A stretch of 64,000 bases of DNA from Hyaloraphidium curvatum SAG 235-1 (taxonomy: Eukaryota > Fungi > Monoblepharomycota). Shown piece after piece: positions 58,972 through 64,000 of the stretch. The translations under genes and the position numbers were made by a program. A model generated the notes under the pieces. The model ran no database searches. It saw nothing but the letters and a program-made list of their open reading frames with translations, and was not told where the DNA came from. Each line of letters begins with the position of its first letter. Position 1 is the first letter of the stretch. Location of the stretch: positions 248,001 through 312,000 of the forward strand of contig JAIVFI010000024.1 in assembly GCA_025558095.1 (NCBI GenBank), in the 5' to 3' direction.

Positions 58972-59961
58972 ATGCGTGGGGCGATCCTGCTCCCGATTTA
59001 CGCGGCCGCGGCGGTGCTACTCGCCGGCCGCGCGTCCGCGTTCGGCCACGTCGGCCACGCGCTGACGTGCGACATTGCGCGCGCGCTGCTCCCGCCGAAC
59101 GTGACCGAGGCCATCGAGCGCCTCATCCTGCCGAAGGACTTTGAATTCAGCCGCGCATGCACGTGGGCCGACGACATACGCGGCATGCCGGGGTACGAGC
59201 ACTGGCGGGACGCGCTGCACTACGGTGGGCGAAGGCACGGAAACGCAGGGTACGAAGCTGACCTTCTGTTCCCGTCAACGCTCGCAGTGGACACGCATGA
59301 CTCGCAGCCGGAAGCTTGCAGCTTCGACTACGGGAGGGACTGCCCCTCGCACGGCTGCATCGTCTCGGCCATCTACAACTACACCGACCGGCTCGCGCGG
59401 CGCGCCGAGCTCGGTTCCGCCGCGGGCGAGGAGGCCTTCAAGATGCTCGTGCACTTCATCGGCGACTTGCACCAGCCGCTGCACGCCTCGGGCAGGGACT
59501 ACGGCGGCACGCGGTTCCACGCCCGGTTCGAGGGCAAGTACACCTCGCTTCACGCGGTCTGGGACTACCAGATGATCGAAAAGAGGATCAAGGAGGATTT
59601 CGACTACTCCATCCCGGCGTTCCGAGCGCACTTGCTGGAAAAGGTGCTGCCCGAGGTGCGCCCGGCCCCCTGCCGGGAACATCACCGGGCTGGGGACGCG
59701 GACCGGCCCGCGTACGACGTGTGCCCGGAGGAGTGGGCCGCCGAAACCAACAGGATTGATTGCACGGGCCTGGTGTGGCCCGCGGACAGGGGCGAGGATC
59801 TCGGCGGGGAGTACTACCGGAGGGGCATCGCGGCCCAGGAGAAGCAGATGGTCGCAGCCGGTATCCGGATGGCGGCCGCGCTCGAGTCGATTCTCGATCC
59901 AATTCCCGTGGATCCGCCGCCGAACATCGGAAAGGCGCAACGGGTGCGCGTGCAGCAGTAG
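58972..59961 (+). CDS. Secreted S1/P1 nuclease
   Basis: Signal peptide then FGHVGH, WADDIR, LHYVD (after removing intron 59225-59287), LVHFIGDLHQPLH, SLHAVWD. Confidence 0.93.
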   Translation: MRGAILLPIYAAAAVLLAGRASAFGHVGHALTCDIARALLPPNVTEAIERLILPKDFEFSRACTWADDIRGMPGYEHWRDALHYGGRRHGNAGYEADLLFPSTLAVDTHDSQPEACSFDYGRDCPSHGCIVSAIYNYTDRLARRAELGSAAGEEAFKMLVHFIGDLHQPLHASGRDYGGTRFHARFEGKYTSLHAVWDYQMIEKRIKEDFDYSIPAFRAHLLEKVLPEVRPAPCREHHRAGDADRPAYDVCPEEWAAETNRIDCTGLVWPADRGEDLGGEYYRRGIAAQEKQMVAAGIRMAAALESILDPIPVDPPPNIGKAQRVRVQQ

Positions 59962-59980
59962 CTTGGCAGAATGTCGCTCT

Positions 59981-61969
59981 CTACAGGTCTCCAACGAGCT
60001 CTTTGCCCTCTAGCATGGTCCTTGCCACCCACGCCACCATTGGTCTGCCAAAAGTGAAGCAGTCCTCCCTCCTGTTCCCGGGGAAATCCACGTATTGTCC
60101 GGAAGCCGGCCTAAAGGCGAGCACGCCGTTGTCCACGAGGCTGTCTACAGCCACGGACGCCCTGCGCACGTCCGAAACTGCGGCGATCTGCGCAAGGACC
60201 TCCCGGTAGGTGGCGAAGCCCGATTCCGCGATGCATTGGATGGCCGCAAAGGCCTCGGTGCGGGTCCAGGTGGGTTGCCATGGGTTGCCGGAAGGGCCGC
60301 GGAACAGGGGAAAGGGCCCGACGGGATCCTTCAAGTTATCCACGTTGTAGTCCGCCATCTCGATCACGACCGATTCCGCAGATGGCGCCTCGGGCAAAGA
60401 ATCGGCGAGAACGCGCTCCAGGAACCGCTTTGTGGGGCCGACGTCCGGAAAGCATGCGATCGCATCCCGGATGACCGCCAACGCCTGCTTCGAATCGCCG
60501 AGCAGTTGCACGGCATCGTCGGCCAGTAGGTGGCCGGCGAAAGAAACCAGATCGTGGGCCCGTCCGCCAAAGACTTCGTAGACGGCGTTGAAGACGTCGG
60601 CCGACTTGAGCGCACCGGCAGTCGCCGCGCTCATCGTTCCCGAGACCCGTTCTTCCCAAAGCTCCCTCGCCTCGTCCTTTCCGAGATCGCCGAACCCGAA
60701 GATCAGCGCATCTTCCCGCACCACCGTCGGCAGAATGTGCCGCAGCGCCGTGGCCCCCGTTACTGGGCAGCACGAAACGACGACCAGCTCGGCGACCTTG
60801 CCCTTTGCACGGCCACCGCTGCGTCCCATCAAAGCCATTCCACGCATGTGCTTCCACCACAGTTCGAACGTGCGCCTTGCTGCCGTCCCGCCCCCCGACC
60901 CGCCTTCGCCCACCAGGCCCGCATCGACGCCCTCGAAAAGCATCAACGCCGAGGAATAGCCGCCGGCGGGCAGCCACCGGCGGGTGATCGCATCCAGTTC
61001 CGCGTGGAGTGCGGCAAGGATGATATTGTGGTCGCGCGGGGTGTCGAACGGCATCTCCTGCGCTCGCGCAATCACAGGAGAGAAGCTTAGGCTACCAGAG
61101 GAGTTGTTGTCGCCCGCAAAGAAGGACCCAAAGGAGCTGCTACCGACGATCAGGCTCACGATCTTGTTCAAAATGTCCCTCAGGAACCGAAACAGCCCCG
61201 TCTTGGGGTCGACGGCCGCGACGGTGGACAGCCAAATCCTCGGATCGCCCGAGGTCCAGCTTCCGAGATCCACGCGACCCGACGTGAAGCGCTCCGGATC
61301 GCTCGGGGCCATGGCTTCGAGCCCGAGCATCTCGGGATTGTTGTCCAGATAGTTCGCAAAAGAGGTGCAAGCAACGGCCTTGTGCTGTGCGTCCTCGACG
61401 GGGGCCGTCTTGCCCCAGACGCGCGCCGTCTGTGCGGCCCAGTACTGCGTCAGCGGCATCCCCAGCGTGCGTCCATGGAGAAAAGGGAAACCCGTCGCGA
61501 ACCGAGACATCCTATTTGCCAGAGTGCAGTTGGAGTCGGGCCCGACGACGACGATAACTTTGCCCGGCAGCCCTAGTTCTTCCGCGTTTCGGAACTGGGC
61601 CCTGACGACGCGGCGAAGGGCCTTGATGTCGTCGTTTCGGAACAGCTGGGTGGTCATCGACGCCAAAGACATAGAACTCGAATGTCCAGCGGCCGAAGCT
61701 TGCTGGACAGACGCGGTCCAGTCAACCGGGGCCCAGGGCTGAGGTCCCGCACGAGCCGTCGAACGCGTCGGGGACACCGTTGGCGGATAGATCGGGACCT
61801 CGAAGCGCTCCCGGTCCCATTGTCTTCGATCCTGCGCCTTGGTCCATGCAGAGTAGGTCCACGCGGCGACAACGCCGACAGACCCGACTGTCCCCCAAGC
61901 CGCGAGCTGCGAGTCCGCAACGATGGGCTGGACTATGTGCTCGTCAATCCATGACAGGACAGCCGACAT
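59981..61969 (-). CDS. Membrane-anchored protein resembling the archaeal-ATPase (ATPase_2/AAA-like) family, P-loop degenerate
   Basis: TM near the N-terminus; VIVVVGPDSNCT at the Walker A position; LMLFEGVD at the Walker B position; FGDLGKDEARELW..VYEVFGGRAHDL; wHTH-like VDSLVDNGVL. Long intronless ORF. Confidence 0.55.
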   Translation of the reverse strand: MSAVLSWIDEHIVQPIVADSQLAAWGTVGSVGVVAAWTYSAWTKAQDRRQWDRERFEVPIYPPTVSPTRSTARAGPQPWAPVDWTASVQQASAAGHSSSMSLASMTTQLFRNDDIKALRRVVRAQFRNAEELGLPGKVIVVVGPDSNCTLANRMSRFATGFPFLHGRTLGMPLTQYWAAQTARVWGKTAPVEDAQHKAVACTSFANYLDNNPEMLGLEAMAPSDPERFTSGRVDLGSWTSGDPRIWLSTVAAVDPKTGLFRFLRDILNKIVSLIVGSSSFGSFFAGDNNSSGSLSFSPVIARAQEMPFDTPRDHNIILAALHAELDAITRRWLPAGGYSSALMLFEGVDAGLVGEGGSGGGTAARRTFELWWKHMRGMALMGRSGGRAKGKVAELVVVSCCPVTGATALRHILPTVVREDALIFGFGDLGKDEARELWEERVSGTMSAATAGALKSADVFNAVYEVFGGRAHDLVSFAGHLLADDAVQLLGDSKQALAVIRDAIACFPDVGPTKRFLERVLADSLPEAPSAESVVIEMADYNVDNLKDPVGPFPLFRGPSGNPWQPTWTRTEAFAAIQCIAESGFATYREVLAQIAAVSDVRRASVAVDSLVDNGVLAFRPASGQYVDFPGNRREDCFTFGRPMVAWVARTMLEGKELVGDL

Positions 61970-62085
61970 CGCGCCGGAAACGCGGGATTGCACGGACGCA
62001 AGTACGTGGTCGCCTTTCTCTCGTGTTCTGTCGATCACGGAGCCCGCGAGCCCGCCATACAGTCCCAGCTGCCCCTGGAACGCTG

Positions 62086-62760
62086 CTAAACTTCGACCAT
62101 TGCCTCCTCCTCATCAGAATATGATTCCTCCTCCGGCTCTCCCATCCCCTCGTCGACAACCTCTGCTTCAAGGTCCTCCACGATCTCCTCGTTTGCAGCA
62201 CTGCCCGACTCGACCCCCGGCGGCGAAAAGAAGCCCGTATCCGTGACTCCGTCCGGAGAGCGTATGTCCCAGGTCACGCTGTCGACGCTCCCCTTTCCGC
62301 GTGTCCGCAAGAGCCGCTGGAGCTCGTCCTTGTCGAAATCCAGAAAGCCGGTGTCCTCTCCGTCGCCGTCCTTCTCCGCCACGATGCACGCCGGTCCGTG
62401 GACGATCATGGAGGCGTCCATGCCGGGGTCGGCACCTCCGTTTAGGATGAACGATGCCCGCTGGTTTGGCTTGAGGCCTTTCCCGATCCCCTCGCCGTCC
62501 AGGACGAGGAGAAGCTTCGGGAATCCTCCTCGAGCCTGCCACGTCAATACAGAGTGCACCTCGAGGGTCTCTGCTTCCATTCCCTCCGAGTTCTCTGGAA
62601 AGAAGCTGTTGGGGCTGCCAAACTCTGGCGCCCCTGGACCAAGGACCAGTTCGCGCAGAAGAGGCGAGAGCCGCCCAGGTTCGGCCTTGACCTGCCACGG
62701 CTCTCCTCTTATGGGTAAGAATACGAAAGTAAGCGGCACTGAGCACTCGGGCAGCGACAT
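62086..62760 (-). CDS. DUF3846-like protein with an acidic tail, intronless
   Basis: LLLVLDGEGIGKGLKPNQRAS..IVHGPACIVAEKDGDGE matches the recalled DUF3846 pattern (..EG...GL..N.RA...I.G..). Confidence 0.55.
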   Translation of the reverse strand: MSLPECSVPLTFVFLPIRGEPWQVKAEPGRLSPLLRELVLGPGAPEFGSPNSFFPENSEGMEAETLEVHSVLTWQARGGFPKLLLVLDGEGIGKGLKPNQRASFILNGGADPGMDASMIVHGPACIVAEKDGDGEDTGFLDFDKDELQRLLRTRGKGSVDSVTWDIRSPDGVTDTGFFSPPGVESGSAANEEIVEDLEAEVVDEGMGEPEEESYSDEEEAMVEV

Positions 62761-62873
62761 CGTCTCGACGCGTTGTCGCGCGGCCGCCCCCCCTTGATCG
62801 CCTCCGCGGCGCCTGCGCGATCGCCTCGGAGCCCCCGACGTAAAGTCCGCGTCCTTTGGCTCAGGAAATCGCG

Positions 62874-63414
62874 ATGTCGCTCAGCGATGAAGCTCTCCGA
62901 CGGGCAAGTTATCGCCCCGCCCGCGTGCTTTCTCAATGGCTCAACCTCTGCGTCTCGCCGGACCTCCTCTGACCTCTCGGAACCCCCGGCACCCCGGACC
63001 GACCCGACCTCAGCTACTCAACGAGTGCAACACAAAACTGAACGCGCATCGACGCGAGCAGCAGACTATCCAGGCCATGTCTGCCTCGAAGGAGCGAGAA
63101 CGGAGGCTAAACGACTTTACGGTCGCGCAGCTGCAGGCTCTCGAGGACGAGACGGCGACGTTCAGGGCCGTGGGAAAGATGTCAGTTTCTAGACTGTCGG
63201 CATGGGTGTCTGGGACGCCTCTGACGCGTGGCGATTCGCGTCCAGGTTCCTGGCAGCGACCCCGACTGAGATCATTGAGGACCTGGAAAAGCAGAACAAG
63301 GACGTGGCAAAGGACCTTGAAGCCCTGGGCAAGAAACGGGATTGGATTGAGCGCCAGATCTCCGACCTGAACAACACGTTGCGGGACGTGATGAGGACGA
63401 GCGGAAGGGCATGA
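62874..63414 (+). CDS. PFD1: Prefoldin subunit 1
   Basis: MSLSDEALRR, then a GC-AG intron (62904-63013), then LLNECNTKL...TFRAVGKMF...LGKKRDWIERQI. Coiled-coil/beta-hairpin prefoldin-beta pattern. Confidence 0.85.
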
Positions 63415-63580
63415 GGCTGGCTTGTAGAGGACGGCTTGCGCTCTATACCCCACGATCCCACGATAGGTCAGATACCGGTTCTGTATTGGGAATGACATGC
63501 TGTGACAGAGCACATGATCGATAGTCAAAGCGGATATCGGGAATCGGGGTATATGTGGGCCAACAGAGCGTCGAGGCCGG

Positions 63581-64000
63581 TCAAGCTTCGCCATTGTCCA
63601 CGACCACTTTCTGGAGCCAGCTGCGAAGCCGGACTGTGCCGGCGGAAGCTTTGACGGTCTGTGCGGAAGCTGCTGCCGGCATCCGACTCGGCGCATGAGC
63701 TGCGATCGAGGCTGCTGGGGAGTCTTTCTTGGGCGAGGCCGCGGTGGCCAAGCGCTGCTTCTGAGGGAAAGCAGCCTCGCGCAGCCCGGGCAGCCGCGGA
63801 AGGGATGCCGCCCTGGAGGCCAGAGTGATCGGCTGCTGCTTGGGCTCGGGAGGAAAGTCGTCGTACAGCTTGCGTCCCCATGAGGTAGACGCTTTGGCCG
63901 GTGGCTGTCGTTCCTGGAGCAGCTGACGAGGTGGCGAAGAAGGTTTCGGGTTCGGAGAAGAAGCATGCGACGAGGGTACCGGGGGTGCAGGAAAGCCGAA
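63581..64000 (-). CDS. 3' end of a gene extending beyond the window (low-complexity Pro/Ser/Ala-rich C-terminus)
   Basis: 140 open codons from the window end to TGA at 63581 (...WGRKLYDDFPPEP...LRSWLQKVVVDNGEA*). Confidence 0.5.
   Translation of the reverse strand, partial: FGFPAPPVPSSHASSPNPKPSSPPRQLLQERQPPAKASTSWGRKLYDDFPPEPKQQPITLASRAASLPRLPGLREAAFPQKQRLATAASPKKDSPAASIAAHAPSRMPAAASAQTVKASAGTVRLRSWLQKVVVDNGEA

Noticed and set aside
59038-59046. S1/P1 nuclease mature N-terminus is Phe rather than the usual Trp, suggesting inactivity
   Set aside because: Residue 1 binds zinc through its backbone amine and carbonyl, and all His/Asp ligands are present, so loss of activity is not supported.
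62936-63370. ORF-track start MAQPLRL for prefoldin
   Set aside because: That ATG lies inside a GC-AG intron. The upstream exon MSLSDEALRR (62874) fits the Pfd1 N-terminus better.
1-64000. Hundreds of long overlapping or antisense ORFs in the six-frame track (e.g. 8396-10198+, 40459-42348+, 38952-41120+)
   Set aside because: Shadow ORFs caused by very high GC and GC3 bias. They are R/A/G/P-rich and lie opposite or out of frame to well-supported genes.

Overview
Gene-dense, very GC-rich eukaryotic DNA with many short (~50-110 nt) spliceosomal introns (GT/GC..AG, CTGAC-type branch points). It is fungal: it carries a Zn2Cys6 transcription factor, ERG3, an OPT transporter, mL59 and an MTC1-like gene. 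A T-box gene in the same window points to an early-diverging, chytrid-grade fungus; Monoblepharidomycetes such as Hyaloraphidium or Gonapodya is a guess. About 33 protein-coding genes can be read, mostly housekeeping: NIPA transporter, SR protein, QPRT/BNA6, OPT, HSP20, MBOAT, acyl-CoA synthetase, URM1, MRPL25, ERG3, HOP1, DGK-epsilon, AHA1, a KDM4-type JmjC demethylase and prefoldin 1. The most notable items are: (i) a divergent fungal T-box factor; (ii) an intronless proteobacterial-type asd, a likely horizontal transfer; (iii) a secreted protein built on a phage-type glycine-rich domain, with a pseudogenised tandem copy; (iv) a head-to-head PhoD + S1/P1 nuclease pair around a perfect 20-bp palindrome; (v) a bacterial-type acyl carrier protein frameshifted exactly at its phosphopantetheine Ser; (vi) a catalytically dead, GPI-type chitin deacetylase homologue; (vii) a large modular Cys-rich secreted protein; (viii) a CYP7/8-like P450. 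No tRNA, rRNA, CRISPR array or intact transposon was recognised. Exon boundaries were read by eye, and family calls come from motif recognition, not database searches.
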